Shown here in pieces: positions 24,595 to 34,567 of a DNA stretch of 64,000 bases. Positions within the stretch are counted from its first letter, which is position 1, and each line of letters starts with the position of its first letter. The notes beneath the pieces are model-generated. The model did no database searches. It had not been told where the DNA came from and saw only the letters and a list, made by a program, of their open reading frames with translations. The DNA is taken from contig JBJEPQ010000019.1 of assembly GCA_051881315.1 (NCBI GenBank), positions 16,570 through 80,569 of the forward strand, given 5' to 3'. The translations under genes were made by a program, and so were the position numbers. This DNA is from Acutalibacteraceae bacterium. Its GTDB lineage: Bacteria > Bacillota > Clostridia > Oscillospirales > Acutalibacteraceae.

Positions 24595-25013
24595 AGATAT
24601 TAGTTATTAACGGACCGAATTTGAATATGCTCGGCATCAGAGAGCCTGATATCTACGGCAGAGAAACATATTCGGATCTGCTGGAGAAGATAAAACGTCA
24701 CGCTGACAAAAAGGAAATCGAGGTTGAGTTTTTCCAGTCCAATCATGAGGGCAGCATCGTAGATAAAATTCAGGAGGCATACGGGAAAATCGACGGTATT
24801 GTCTTAAATCCCGGCGCCTACACCCACACGAGCGTTGCCATTCCCGACGCATTGAAGGCTGTCGGAATACCGACCGTTGAGGTGCACATTTCCGATGTTG
24901 ACACCCGTGAGGAATTTCGTCAGATCAGCTATGTCCGACCGTGCTGTGTTGCGTGCGTCAAGGGGCATGGGACGGACGGCTACTGCGAAGCGATAGATAT
25001 TCTGATCGGCTGA
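24591..25013 (+). CDS. aroQ: type II 3-dehydroquinate dehydratase
   Basis: [23 protein letters not shown]...[16 protein letters not shown]...[13 protein letters not shown]...VEVHISD. The ATG overlaps the preceding stop (ATGA). Confidence 0.93.
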   Translation: [140 protein letters not shown]

Positions 25014-25019
25014 AATTGT

Positions 25020-25054
25020 CCACAGCACATTTTTCGCTCGGGGCAGTAACCTTT
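25020..25054. repeat. 35-nt copy of a dispersed intergenic element (also at 50134..50168)
   Basis: ccacagcacatttttcgctcggggcagtaaccttt versus ccacggcacatttttcgttcggggcagtaccttt at 50135..50168 (two substitutions and one indel). It lies in the 70-nt aroQ-aroA spacer. Confidence 0.7.
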
Positions 25055-25083
25055 AAAAGACTCAACCAAAAGGATTGGTAAGC

Positions 25084-26295
25084 ATGAATGTAACAATAAA
25101 AACGGGGACGGCGTCGGGTGAGGTGAAAATACCCTCGTCCAAGAGCGTTGCCCACCGTTTGCTGATAAATGCCGCCTTGACCGACGGCAAAACCGTACTC
25201 GAAGATCTTTCTTTGAACGAGGACATCAGCGCAACGATTGACTGCCTGAGGGTTCTCGGAGCAAGGATCGAATTGCCGCAGGCGGGTATATGCGAGGTCA
25301 CGGGAGCTTCGGAAAAGACTGTTGACGGGGTGCGCAGACTTTATTGCAGAGAGAGCGGAAGCACGCTTAGGTTTATGCTTCCTCTTTGTCTCGACGGAGT
25401 GAAAACGGAGCTTTACGGCTCGCCGAGGCTCATCGAAAGACCTCACTCCGTTTACCGTGAAATCTGCGAAAAGAACGGCTTTCTCTGGCAGTCTGACGGT
25501 GAGAAAATAACCGTACAGGGAAAACTGACGGCAGGAATATATGAAATCCCCGGTAACATCAGCAGTCAGTTTATTACCGGACTTATGCTGAGCTTGCCGA
25601 CGCTTGAAAAGGACAGCGTTATCAGGCTGACGACCGAGCCTGAAAGCCTTTCCTATATTGAAATGACGGTCAATTCCCTCGCCGAGTTCGGAATAAAAAT
25701 CGAGAAACGCTCCGACCGTGAGTGGTATATCGTGGGCGGACAGACGAGAAAAACTCCGAACAAAATCAGCGTTGAAGCCGACGAATCGGGAGCGGCTTTC
25801 TTTGCGGCTCTGAACTTTATCGGCGGCGATGTAAAGCTTAATAATCTCAACGAAAACAGCCGTCAGGGCGACAGGGTTTGGAGATCGCTTTTTCCCTTGC
25901 TTTCGGACGGAAAACCCGAAATCTCAATCAAGGACTGTCCCGATCTCGGACCGATACTGATGTCGCTTGCCGCCTGTCTCAACGGTGCGGTGCTGACCGA
26001 CACGGCAAGACTTAGAATAAAGGAGAGCGACAGGGGAGAGGCGATGGCGCAGGAGCTTGCAAAATCGGGCGTTAAGGTCAAGGTGGACGAAAACCGTATA
26101 ACGGTCGATCCTGCGGATATTCATGCTCCCACGGAAGCTTTGGACGGTCATAACGACCACAGAATAGTGATGTCGCTGGCAGTCCTGCTGACAAAATACG
26201 GCGGAACAATAAAAGGAGCCGAAGCCGTGGCGAAAAGTATGCCGCAGTTTTTTGAAATGCTCAGGTCAATAGGTATAGATACAGAAGAAGGTTAA
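25084..26295 (+). CDS. aroA: 3-phosphoshikimate 1-carboxyvinyltransferase (EPSP synthase)
   Basis: IPSSKSVAHRLLINAAL, CRESGSTLRF, DHRIVMSLAV. Start placed at the ATG at 25084 (the ORF track gives a TTG at 25075). Confidence 0.92.
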   Translation: MNVTIKTGTASGEVKIPSSKSVAHRLLINAALTDGKTVLEDLSLNEDISATIDCLRVLGARIELPQAGICEVTGASEKTVDGVRRLYCRESGSTLRFMLPLCLDGVKTELYGSPRLIERPHSVYREICEKNGFLWQSDGEKITVQGKLTAGIYEIPGNISSQFITGLMLSLPTLEKDSVIRLTTEPESLSYIEMTVNSLAEFGIKIEKRSDREWYIVGGQTRKTPNKISVEADESGAAFFAALNFIGGDVKLNNLNENSRQGDRVWRSLFPLLSDGKPEISIKDCPDLGPILMSLAACLNGAVLTDTARLRIKESDRGEAMAQELAKSGVKVKVDENRITVDPADIHAPTEALDGHNDHRIVMSLAVLLTKYGGTIKGAEAVAKSMPQFFEMLRSIGIDTEEG

Positions 26296-26296
26296 T

Positions 26297-27172
26297 ATGA
26301 AAAGGATTGATTCAGACACAAAGGTGCTGATCGTAGGTCTCGGTCTTATCGGAGGAAGCTACGCAAAGGCATTGACAAAAAAAGGCTGTAAGGTCAGGGC
26401 GATAACCCGTAAAGACAGCGATATTGAATATTCCGTCAAAGAGGGATTTATCGAGGACGGTACAACGGCGGTGACAAAGGAATATCTCGCATGGGCGGAT
26501 ATTATCGTCTTTTCACTCTATCCGCACACGTTGCTCGAATGGCTGAAAAAATACGCAGGTCTTATTAAAAAAGGTACGGTTTGCACCGATGTTACGGGTG
26601 TTAAAAGCTGTATAGTTTATGACGCTCAGGCTCTTATGCCCGACGGAGTGGAGTTTATTGCCGCTCACCCGATGGCAGGCCGTGAAAGAAGCGGCGTCCG
26701 TCACAGCGACGATTCCGTTTTCAAAGGAGCAAACTATATTGTTGTTCCGACAGATAATAACACACCCGAAGCGGTCGAATACTGCAAACAGCTCGGAGAA
26801 GCGCTTGGCTTTTACCGTATCAGCGTGCTTGACCCCGAATCGCACGACAGGATGATAGCTTTCCTGTCTCAGCTTACCCACTGCATTGCCGTTTCGCTGA
26901 TGTGTACGAACGACACACCAGGCTTTGAGGCTTACACGGGTGACTCGTTCAGGGATCTTACAAGGATCGCAAAGATCAACGGAGAAATGTGGAGCGAGCT
27001 TTTTATCAGCAATAAGCAGTTCCTACTCGACGAGATGGATAATTTTATAAATCAGTTTACACTTCTGCGCGATATGCTTGAAAATGAAGATAAAGAGGGT
27101 ATGTGCAGAATGATGCAAATATCAACACAGCGCAGAGAAAAATTTGATAAACCCAAAGTAAAGGAAGGCTAA
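26297..27172 (+). CDS. tyrA: prephenate dehydrogenase
   Basis: Rossmann motif VGLGLIGGSYAKAL, then AAHPMAGRERSG and DRMIAFLSQLTH. Confidence 0.88.
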   Translation: MKRIDSDTKVLIVGLGLIGGSYAKALTKKGCKVRAITRKDSDIEYSVKEGFIEDGTTAVTKEYLAWADIIVFSLYPHTLLEWLKKYAGLIKKGTVCTDVTGVKSCIVYDAQALMPDGVEFIAAHPMAGRERSGVRHSDDSVFKGANYIVVPTDNNTPEAVEYCKQLGEALGFYRISVLDPESHDRMIAFLSQLTHCIAVSLMCTNDTPGFEAYTGDSFRDLTRIAKINGEMWSELFISNKQFLLDEMDNFINQFTLLRDMLENEDKEGMCRMMQISTQRREKFDKPKVKEG

Positions 27173-27175
27173 TCT

Positions 27176-28204
27176 ATGAACATGAATTTTTACCACAAGC
27201 TGCCGATACCCCAGGATGTAAAGGCGCACTACCCCGTAACAGACAGTATGAAAGCTGTCAAGGCAAAAAGAGACGCTGAAATCAAGGCGGTATTTGAAGG
27301 CAAGAGCGACAAGTTTCTCCTTATAATCGGTCCCTGCTCGGCGGACAGGAACGACTCCGTTCTCGACTATATCGGCAGACTGAAAAAAGTCAGCGAGCAG
27401 GTCGAGGACAAGATCATTATTATTCCGAGAATTTATACCAACAAGCCGAGAACTACAGGTGACGGCTACAAGGGAATGCTTCATCAGCCCGATCCCAATT
27501 CTCACCCCGATATGCTCAAGGGCATTGTCGCTATCCGTGAGCTTCATATGAGCGCACTCCGTGATTACGGTCTTTCTTCGGCGGATGAGATGCTTTATCC
27601 CGACAATCACAGATATCTTTCCGACATTCTTTCTTATGTTGCGGTCGGTGCAAGATCTGTTGAAAATCAACAGCACAGGCTGACAGCGAGCGGACTTGAT
27701 GTTCCCGTAGGACTTAAAAACCCGACAGGCGGCGATCTTTCCGTTATGATGAACGCCATCACAGCCGCCCAACACAGCCATACGTTTATTTACCGCGGCT
27801 GGGAGGTTGAAAGCTTCGGCAATCCGCTTTCCCATGCTATTCTCAGAGGTTTCCAGACAACGGACGGCGCAACGGTTTCAAACTATCACTATGAGGATCT
27901 TCTCAAGGTCAGCGAGCTTTATCAGAAAATGGGTCTTGAGAATCCCGCCGTTATCGTTGACACAAACCATGCAAACTCAGGCAAGAAGTACAGGGAACAG
28001 CCGAGAATTGCGCTCGATGTTATCCACAGCATGAGAGAAAACTCCGATATCAGAAAGCTCTGCAAAGGTCTTATGATCGAGAGCTACATTGAAGACGGAG
28101 CGCAGAAGACCGACGGATGCGTCTACGGACAGTCGATCACCGATCCCTGCCTCGGCTGGGAAAAGACCGAAAAGCTCATCTTCGATATTGCGGATAAATT
28201 ATAA
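27176..28204 (+). CDS. aroF: 3-deoxy-7-phosphoheptulonate (DAHP) synthase, class I (AroF/G/H-like)
   Basis: LLIIGPCSADRNDSV, RIYTNKPRTTGDGYKGMLHQPDP, GLKNPTGG, IVDTNHANSGK. Confidence 0.9.
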   Translation: MNMNFYHKLPIPQDVKAHYPVTDSMKAVKAKRDAEIKAVFEGKSDKFLLIIGPCSADRNDSVLDYIGRLKKVSEQVEDKIIIIPRIYTNKPRTTGDGYKGMLHQPDPNSHPDMLKGIVAIRELHMSALRDYGLSSADEMLYPDNHRYLSDILSYVAVGARSVENQQHRLTASGLDVPVGLKNPTGGDLSVMMNAITAAQHSHTFIYRGWEVESFGNPLSHAILRGFQTTDGATVSNYHYEDLLKVSELYQKMGLENPAVIVDTNHANSGKKYREQPRIALDVIHSMRENSDIRKLCKGLMIESYIEDGAQKTDGCVYGQSITDPCLGWEKTEKLIFDIADKL

Positions 28205-28214
28205 AAATTATTAC

Positions 28215-28250
28215 GGCTTTCGTTTGTTTTTCGGCAAATGAAAGCCTTTT
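28215..28250 (+). terminator. intrinsic terminator of the aromatic operon
   Basis: ggctttc..tttg / caaa..gaaagcc stem (28215..28246) followed by TTTT. Confidence 0.6.
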
Positions 28251-28268
28251 GACTAAGTTAAGAAAAAA

Positions 28269-28296
28269 TTGACAATAATTTCAAATATGATATAAT
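28269..28296 (+). promoter_or_regulatory. sigma-A-type promoter
   Basis: TTGACA (28269..28274), 16-nt spacer, TGA-TATAAT (28291..28296, extended -10). Confidence 0.55.
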
Positions 28297-28334
28297 ATAA
28301 AATAAGAATAAAAGTGAAAGGGTAGGGGCGGAAT

Positions 28335-29702
28335 ATGTCGGATATTATTGTTGCCGGAGCAGGTCACGGCGGACTGGTTGCCGCATGGAAGCTGGCACAG
28401 CTCGGTCACAGAGTTACGGTTTATGAGCGTAATGCCGAAAAAAACCTCGGCTACGATCAAAAGGATCCCGTGGACGCCGCATATTTTGATTTTGCCGAGA
28501 TTGAATACCCCGAAAGCTGGAAAGCTCCGAACAATGTTATCACCCTTGTCCCGTTAGATAAAAATGTTGAGCCGTTTACGCTCCCTCAGGAAAAGGGTGC
28601 GTCAACCTTGATTGTTGAACGCAGGGAGCTTTTGGCTTTTCTGATTGATCTTTGCAAAAAAGCAGGGGTTAAGTTCGTTTTTAACTGCACAGTCCGTGAG
28701 CCTGTTATGCTCGGAAGCCGTGTCATCGGAATTATGACTGATCAGGGCATCAGACTTGCCGATCTTATTATCGACGCCTGCGGAATAGATTCTCCCGTGC
28801 GTACGGGACTTCCCGATTTTATGAACATTCAAAAGCATCTCGGAGTTTTTGACCGCCTGCATGTTTACCGAGCATATTACGAAAGAATTCCCGACAAGCC
28901 CGATCCGCCGCATCGATACAATGTCTATGTCAACCGCAACGGTACTGTCGGCTTTACATGGCTTATAACAGAGAGCGACTGCGTGGATGTTCTTGTTGCG
29001 AGATTTAATGACATTACCGAGGAGGACATTCGGGAGAATATTGATTTCCTCTGCGAGGGAAATGAGCATATGAGCCGCAAGCTTGTCAGGGGCGGAGAGA
29101 TTGTCGATATCCCTGTTCGTCAGCCCTTGGCGGTGTTTGTTGCCGACGGTTATGCCGCAGTGGGCGACAGCGCATGTATGACCGTCCCGATAAAGGGCTC
29201 CGGCATAGGCTATTCGATCAAAGCGGGAGTTCTTCTTGCCGAAGCGGTCAGGGAGGATACAGACGGACTGTTCAACTGCGATACGCTTTGGAAATATGAA
29301 CACAGCTTTTTCCGTGAAATAGGCTTCAGTGCCTGCACGGTCGCTGTCGAAAAAAATCTTCTCCCGTATCTGACGGCTAAAGAGGTCAGCGACTTTATAA
29401 ACAGCGGAATACTTACGGGCGAGGAGCTTGCCGAGCTGAGTGTTGATAAGATCGAATATCTCAGAAAGAATAATATAGTTTCGACCTTGAGAAACAAGCT
29501 GAAGCTGCTCAACGGTATGCCTGAGCTGAGAAATAAGGCACTCAGGTTTGTGACATGGTTTGGCAGGGAAAAGCTTGTCGAGCCTTTGCTTCCTGCCGAA
29601 TACGACCGTGAAGCCGTGGCAAAGTGGGCGGAGCATTATAACGAATTTTTTGAGTCGATAAAGACCGACAAAATTCCCGGTGAGACCGAGGACGAAGAAT
29701 AA
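28335..29702 (+). CDS. FAD/NAD(P)-dependent oxidoreductase (geranylgeranyl-reductase-like family)
   Basis: N-terminal dinucleotide fold MSDIIVAGAGHGGLVAAWKLAQLGHRVTVYER and a later GDSACM motif. Substrate unknown. Confidence 0.7.
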   Translation: MSDIIVAGAGHGGLVAAWKLAQLGHRVTVYERNAEKNLGYDQKDPVDAAYFDFAEIEYPESWKAPNNVITLVPLDKNVEPFTLPQEKGASTLIVERRELLAFLIDLCKKAGVKFVFNCTVREPVMLGSRVIGIMTDQGIRLADLIIDACGIDSPVRTGLPDFMNIQKHLGVFDRLHVYRAYYERIPDKPDPPHRYNVYVNRNGTVGFTWLITESDCVDVLVARFNDITEEDIRENIDFLCEGNEHMSRKLVRGGEIVDIPVRQPLAVFVADGYAAVGDSACMTVPIKGSGIGYSIKAGVLLAEAVREDTDGLFNCDTLWKYEHSFFREIGFSACTVAVEKNLLPYLTAKEVSDFINSGILTGEELAELSVDKIEYLRKNNIVSTLRNKLKLLNGMPELRNKALRFVTWFGREKLVEPLLPAEYDREAVAKWAEHYNEFFESIKTDKIPGETEDEE

Positions 29703-29848
29703 AAAATAGCTGAAAATTGTAGTATTAAACGGTTGTAAGCTGACGGAAGCTGACTGCTTTCTATAGCATATAACCGTTTTTATTTATGCTTTATACTTGT
29801 AAAAAATGTAAAAACATAATAAAATAATCTCATTAAGAGGGTGATTGA

Positions 29849-31588
29849 ATGAAAGATTTAAAAAGGTATCTTATCATGGCAAAGCCGTATTGGGGGCTGC
29901 TTGTCTTGACGGTTGCCGCACTTATTGGAGTATCTGCCGTAAGCCTTGTAACTCCGGAAATGGTGCGTAGGCTGACGGCGATGCTGACCGAGGGAACGGC
30001 GACAAAGGAGAGGGTTATTACCTATGCCGTCATACTTCTTGCCGCTTATGTTGCAAAGGCTTTCCTTACTTTTATTTCCAAATTCAAGGCTCACGAAGCG
30101 GCTTGGAATTTTGTCGGAGATCTGATGCTCAGGGTTTACGGAAAGCTCCAGACTCTTTCAATGAGATATTTCGGCGATAAGCAGACGGGTGAAATAATGA
30201 GCCGTGTTATCAACGATTCAAGGAATATGGAAACGCTTATTGCCCATGCTCTGCCCGATCTGTTTTCAAATATTCTTATCGTAATAATGGTTACGATAAT
30301 GATATTTACTATCAATCCGATCCTTGCGGCGCTTTCTCTTATTCCTGTTCCGTTTATCATTTTTGTCAGCGCAAGGTTTTCGGGCAGGGTACACTCGCTT
30401 TTCAGAAGAAATCAGGAGGTTCTTGCCGACCTGAACAGCAAGGTGCAGGACGATGTTTCGGGTATCCGTGAGATCCAGTCCTTCGGCAGGGAGGCTTATG
30501 AATATGACAGTATGAAAGAGTGCTGTAAATATTACAGCTATGTCAACATACGGGCAAATTTCTTCGCCGCAATTTTCCACCCGTCGATAGAGTTTCTGAC
30601 CTCTATCGGCTCGGTTCTGGTAATGGGAATAGGCGGAGCGCTTGCCTTGAAGGACGTGCTTTCTGTCTCCGACGTTGTTGGATTTTTTATGTATCTTTCG
30701 CTTTTCTATTCGCCGATAGCAACGCTTTCCCGTATTGTCGAGGATATGCAGAACGCTTTTGCCGGCGGTCACAGGGTGCTCAGTATTCTTGATATGGAGC
30801 CTGAAATCAAGGACAGCGAAAATGCGGTCGATATCGGCAGAGCCAAGGGTGAAATAGAGTTCAGAGATGTTTCCTTTTATTATAAGGAGAGCGAGCCTGT
30901 TCTCAGAGATCTTTCATTTAAGGTGGAAACAGGAAAGATGGTTGCCTTTGTCGGAGCAACGGGAGTCGGAAAATCGACGATTGTTTCGCTTATGGAGAGA
31001 TTTTACGATCCCGTCAGCGGAGCGGTGCTTCTTGACGGAAAGGATATCAGGGATATCACCGTTGAATCGCTGAGAAGAAACATATCAATGGTCTTGCAGG
31101 ACGTTTTCCTTTTCAACGGCTCAATTTACGACAATATTGCGTTCGGAAATCCTGCGGCGAGCAGAGAGGAGATTATGAAAGCCGCAGAAACAGCGAGGGT
31201 AAGCGACTTTGTCTGCCGTATGCCCGACGGCTACGACACCGTGATCGGCGAAAGAGGAGTAAGGCTTTCGGGCGGTCAGAAGCAGAGAATTGCCATTGCA
31301 AGGGCTATCCTGAAAAATACACCCATTCTGATTCTTGACGAGGCAACCTCGGCGGTGGATAACGAAACGGAAGCTCTTATTCAGCAGGCGATTGACGAGC
31401 TTTCAAAGAGCAGAACGGTTGTTGTTATAGCTCACAGACTTTCCACGGTTATGAAGGCGGATAATATTATTGTCCTTGAGGACGGAAAAATTGCCGAACA
31501 GGGCAACCATAAAGAGCTGTTGGAGCTCGGCGGAATATATGCCAAGCTCAGCAATATAAATACAGAAAAAATAAGAACGGAGATATGA
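29849..31588 (+). CDS. ABC exporter, fused transmembrane and ATP-binding domains (MsbA/multidrug type)
   Basis: 579 aa with an N-terminal six-helix domain, Walker A GATGVGKST, signature [14 protein letters not shown] and Walker B LILDEATSAVD. Confidence 0.9.
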   Translation: MKDLKRYLIMAKPYWGLLVLTVAALIGVSAVSLVTPEMVRRLTAMLTEGTATKERVITYAVILLAAYVAKAFLTFISKFKAHEAAWNFVGDLMLRVYGKLQTLSMRYFGDKQTGEIMSRVINDSRNMETLIAHALPDLFSNILIVIMVTIMIFTINPILAALSLIPVPFIIFVSARFSGRVHSLFRRNQEVLADLNSKVQDDVSGIREIQSFGREAYEYDSMKECCKYYSYVNIRANFFAAIFHPSIEFLTSIGSVLVMGIGGALALKDVLSVSDVVGFFMYLSLFYSPIATLSRIVEDMQNAFAGGHRVLSILDMEPEIKDSENAVDIGRAKGEIEFRDVSFYYKESEPVLRDLSFKVETGKMVAFVGATGVGKSTIVSLMERFYDPVSGAVLLDGKDIRDITVESLRRNISMVLQDVFLFNGSIYDNIAFGNPAASREEIMKAAETARVSDFVCRMPDGYDTVIGERGVRLSGGQKQRIAIARAILKNTPILILDEATSAVDNETEALIQQAIDELSKSRTVVVIAHRLSTVMKADNIIVLEDGKIAEQGNHKELLELGGIYAKLSNINTEKIRTEI

Positions 31589-31591
31589 ATT

Positions 31592-32044
31592 ATGATAGTT
31601 ACGGATTACAGAAACCTTGAATTTTATTCCGAAGTGCCTCACGCAAAAGAGGTAATTGATTTTATTGACGGTTTTAAAAAGACCGAGATGAAAACGGGCA
31701 GATATGATATTCTCGGTGACGAGCTTTTTGCCGCTGTCAGCAGATATGACACCGAGCCGAGAGAGGACAGAAGATTTGAAAGCCACAGGAAATACATAGA
31801 TATCCAGATTGTTCTTGACGGAAAAGAGGAGCTTGATTGGGCGGAAACAAGCTCTCTCAAAATGACCGACAATGGCTTTGAGAGGGGAGACGATATCGCT
31901 TTTTATGACGGAGAGGCACTCTCAACGGTTATTCTCAGCTCAGCTCAGTGCGCCGTCCTTTTTCCCGAAGACGGTCACAGACCTAACGTTATGCACAAAG
32001 AAATTGAAAATGTACTCAAAATAGTATTTAAAATCAAAAAATAA
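31592..32044 (+). CDS. YhcH/YjgK/YiaL family protein (beta-galactosidase beta-subunit-like fold)
   Basis: 150 aa: GRYDILGDELFAAVSRYDTEPREDRRFESHRKYIDIQIVLDGKE...FPEDGHRP is typical of this family. Confidence 0.7.
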   Translation: MIVTDYRNLEFYSEVPHAKEVIDFIDGFKKTEMKTGRYDILGDELFAAVSRYDTEPREDRRFESHRKYIDIQIVLDGKEELDWAETSSLKMTDNGFERGDDIAFYDGEALSTVILSSAQCAVLFPEDGHRPNVMHKEIENVLKIVFKIKK

Positions 32045-32075
32045 ATTAAACAATGAATAAATATTCGCTTTTTGC

Positions 32076-32104
32076 TTGACACTTTTAAGTCAAAGTGGTA
32101 TATT
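32076..32104 (+). promoter_or_regulatory. sigma-A-type promoter of the amino acid ABC transporter operon
   Basis: TTGACA (32076..32081), 17-nt spacer, TATATT (32099..32104) preceded by TGG. The ORF-track start at 32076 is the -35 hexamer itself. Confidence 0.6.
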
Positions 32105-32138
32105 GTTCACGTCTAAAAATAAGAGGAGGACAAAAAGT

Positions 32139-32915
32139 ATGAAAAAGATTATTGCTATTGTAATGTCATTGGTGCTTCTTGCAGGCGTTGCTATGCTTGC
32201 AGGCTGCGGATCAAAGAAAGAGGAAAAGAAAACTCTTATCCTTGCAACAAGCGCAGACTTCCCGCCGTATGAGTTTGTAGGTGACGACGGTGCATATGCA
32301 GGTATTGATATTGAGGTTTCAAAGCTCATCGCAGAGAAGCTCGGCATGGAGCTTCAGGTTGAGAACATGGACTTCAACTCTGTTATCAGCTCCGTTCAGA
32401 CAGGCAAGGCCGATATCGGTATGTCCGGTATCACAGTTACAGACGAGCGTAAGCAGAGCGTTGATTTCACCGATTCTTACGCTACGGGCGTTCAGGTAAT
32501 TATCGTTAAGGAAGGCTCGGCTATCAAGACGGTTGACGATCTTTATGCAACAGGCGCAAAGTACAAGATCGGCGTTCAGCTTTCAACAACAGGCGATATT
32601 TATATTTCCGGCGATATTGAAGATAAGAAGATGTCTTGCTCCGTTGAGGAGTACAAGACAGGCGCAGACGCTGTTGCCGCTCTCGTTGCAGGCAAGATCG
32701 ACTGTGTTGTTATCGACAACGAGCCTGCAAAGTCTTTCGTAGCTGCTAACAGCGGACTTACAATTCTTGAGACAGAGTATGTCACCGAGGATTACGCTAT
32801 CTGCGTATCCAAGGAGAACACAGAGCTTCGCGATCAGATCAACGCCGCTCTCAAGGAGCTTATTGCAGACGGATCTGTTCAGAAGGTTGTTGACAAGTAT
32901 ATCCCGGCTGAATAA
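32139..32915 (+). CDS. polar amino acid ABC transporter substrate-binding lipoprotein
   Basis: Lipoprotein signal MKKIIAIVMSLVLLAGVAMLAGC-G, then family-3 binding-protein motifs (ATSADFPPYEF, GKADIGMSGITVTDERK). ATG at 32139 after AGGAGG. Confidence 0.9.
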   Translation: MKKIIAIVMSLVLLAGVAMLAGCGSKKEEKKTLILATSADFPPYEFVGDDGAYAGIDIEVSKLIAEKLGMELQVENMDFNSVISSVQTGKADIGMSGITVTDERKQSVDFTDSYATGVQVIIVKEGSAIKTVDDLYATGAKYKIGVQLSTTGDIYISGDIEDKKMSCSVEEYKTGADAVAALVAGKIDCVVIDNEPAKSFVAANSGLTILETEYVTEDYAICVSKENTELRDQINAALKELIADGSVQKVVDKYIPAE

Positions 32916-32941
32916 TAAAAGGCACATCAACGCTTTTGCGT

Positions 32942-32968
32942 AAATCGAGGGCGATAAACCCTCGATTT
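32942..32968 (+). other. intercistronic hairpin after the binding-protein gene
   Basis: aaatcgaggg (32942..32951) pairs with ccctcgattt (32959..32968) around a 7-nt loop. Confidence 0.5.
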
Positions 32969-32993
32969 GTGCGTTTATGAAAGGAAATCCGAA

Positions 32994-33731
32994 ATGACGG
33001 AAACTATCGCAAAATGGTTCGCTGACTTTAAGGCGGACTTCATTCTCAATTTTATAGACGGCAACCGCTGGCAGCTTTTGCTGAACGGTCTTGCTTCAAC
33101 TCTCAAGATTACAGCCTGCGCCGTGCTTCTCGGTATTGCCATAGGTATAGTAATTGCGGCAATACGTTCAAGTCATGATAAAAACCAAACCAAGCTCCGC
33201 GGAGTCGGCGGCTTTATCCTGAAGCTTTTCAATGCTGTTGCAAAGCTTTATCTGACCGTTATCAGAGGTACTCCCGTCGTCGTTCAGCTTATGATAATGT
33301 ATTTTGTTATCTTTGCTTCATCGAACAACAAGTTTCTCATTGCCGTGCTCGCTTTCGGTATCAATTCGGGCGCATATGTTGCCGAGATATTCCGAAGCGG
33401 TATTATGGCTGTCGATGAGGGACAGATGGAGGCAGGCCGCTCGCTCGGTCTCAACTATTTCCAGACTATGATATACATTATAATTCCGCAGGCTTTCAAG
33501 ACTGTACTTCCGACTCTTGCTAACGAATTTATCGTTCTCCTCAAGGAAACGTCGGTTGCAGGCTATGTCGGAATGATGGATCTCACCCGTGCGGGCGATA
33601 TGATCCGAGGCGTAACCTTCTCGGCGTTTATGCCTCTCATTGCCGTTGCGCTTATTTACCTTGTAATGGTCATAATCCTTACGAAGCTTGTGTCAATTCT
33701 TGAAAGGAGGTTGCGTAACAGTGAGCGATAA
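32994..33731 (+). CDS. amino acid ABC transporter permease (HisM/GlnP type)
   Basis: Polytopic, with the EAA-like loop [25 protein letters not shown] at 32994. Confidence 0.88.
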   Translation: MTETIAKWFADFKADFILNFIDGNRWQLLLNGLASTLKITACAVLLGIAIGIVIAAIRSSHDKNQTKLRGVGGFILKLFNAVAKLYLTVIRGTPVVVQLMIMYFVIFASSNNKFLIAVLAFGINSGAYVAEIFRSGIMAVDEGQMEAGRSLGLNYFQTMIYIIIPQAFKTVLPTLANEFIVLLKETSVAGYVGMMDLTRAGDMIRGVTFSAFMPLIAVALIYLVMVIILTKLVSILERRLRNSER

Positions 33732-34461
33732 TGCACTTATAAAAGTTACTGATCTCCACAAGATTTACGGTGAGCTTCACGCTCTTGACGGAGTTTCCAC
33801 AGAGATCAAAAAGGGCGAGGTTGTTGTTATAATCGGACCCTCGGGCTCGGGAAAATCGACTTTCCTGCGCTCTCTCAATCTCCTTGAGGAGCCGTCAAGC
33901 GGTAAAATCGAGTTTGAGGGTGTTGATATCACGGATAAAAAGGTTGATATCAATGTTCACCGTCAGAAGATGGGTATGGTTTTCCAGCATTTCAACCTTT
34001 TTCCTCATATGACGGTATTGAGAAACCTTACGCTTGCTCCGATGAAGCTTCACAAGATCAGCAAAGAGCAGGCGGAAAAAGAGGCTATGGAGCTTCTGAA
34101 AAAGGTCGGACTTGCAGACAGGGCGAATGCCTATCCGTCCCAGCTTTCCGGCGGACAGAAACAGCGAATTGCAATCGTCCGTGCACTTGCAATGAAGCCC
34201 GATGTAATGCTTTTTGACGAGCCGACCTCGGCTCTTGATCCCGAAATGGTCGGAGAGGTTCTTGAGGTTATGCAGTCGCTTGCAAAAGAGGGTATGACGA
34301 TGGTTGTCGTAACTCACGAAATGGGCTTTGCCAAAGAGGCGGCAACAAGGGTTATCTTTATGGACGAGGGCAAGATGGTCGAGGAAAATACTCCCGACGA
34401 ATTCTTCTCCTGTCCCAAAACCGACCGCTGTAAGGACTTCCTGTCCAAGGTTCTTGTATAA
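33721..34461 (+). CDS. amino acid ABC transporter ATP-binding protein (GlnQ type)
   Basis: [41 protein letters not shown]. Probable GTG start at 33721, 10 nt after AAGGAGG. Confidence 0.9.
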   Translation: MSDNALIKVTDLHKIYGELHALDGVSTEIKKGEVVVIIGPSGSGKSTFLRSLNLLEEPSSGKIEFEGVDITDKKVDINVHRQKMGMVFQHFNLFPHMTVLRNLTLAPMKLHKISKEQAEKEAMELLKKVGLADRANAYPSQLSGGQKQRIAIVRALAMKPDVMLFDEPTSALDPEMVGEVLEVMQSLAKEGMTMVVVTHEMGFAKEAATRVIFMDEGKMVEENTPDEFFSCPKTDRCKDFLSKVLV

Positions 34462-34473
34462 AAATTGCACAAA

Positions 34474-34517
34474 AAATGCACGCTATTTTTGTGATAACGT
34501 GCATTTACTTTTTTTGC
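34474..34517 (+). terminator. intrinsic terminator
   Basis: aaatgcacg / cgtgcattt 9-bp stem followed by ACTTTTTTT. Confidence 0.7.
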
Positions 34518-34567
34518 TGAAAAAAGTATAATATAGTAAACGTTTATGCTTTGAAAGGGGTAACATT

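Noticed and set aside
28602-29636. A 344-aa ORF antisense to the FAD-dependent oxidoreductase
   Set aside because: The sense gene has a Rossmann GxGxxG motif with a proper SD and promoter. The antisense product has no motifs.
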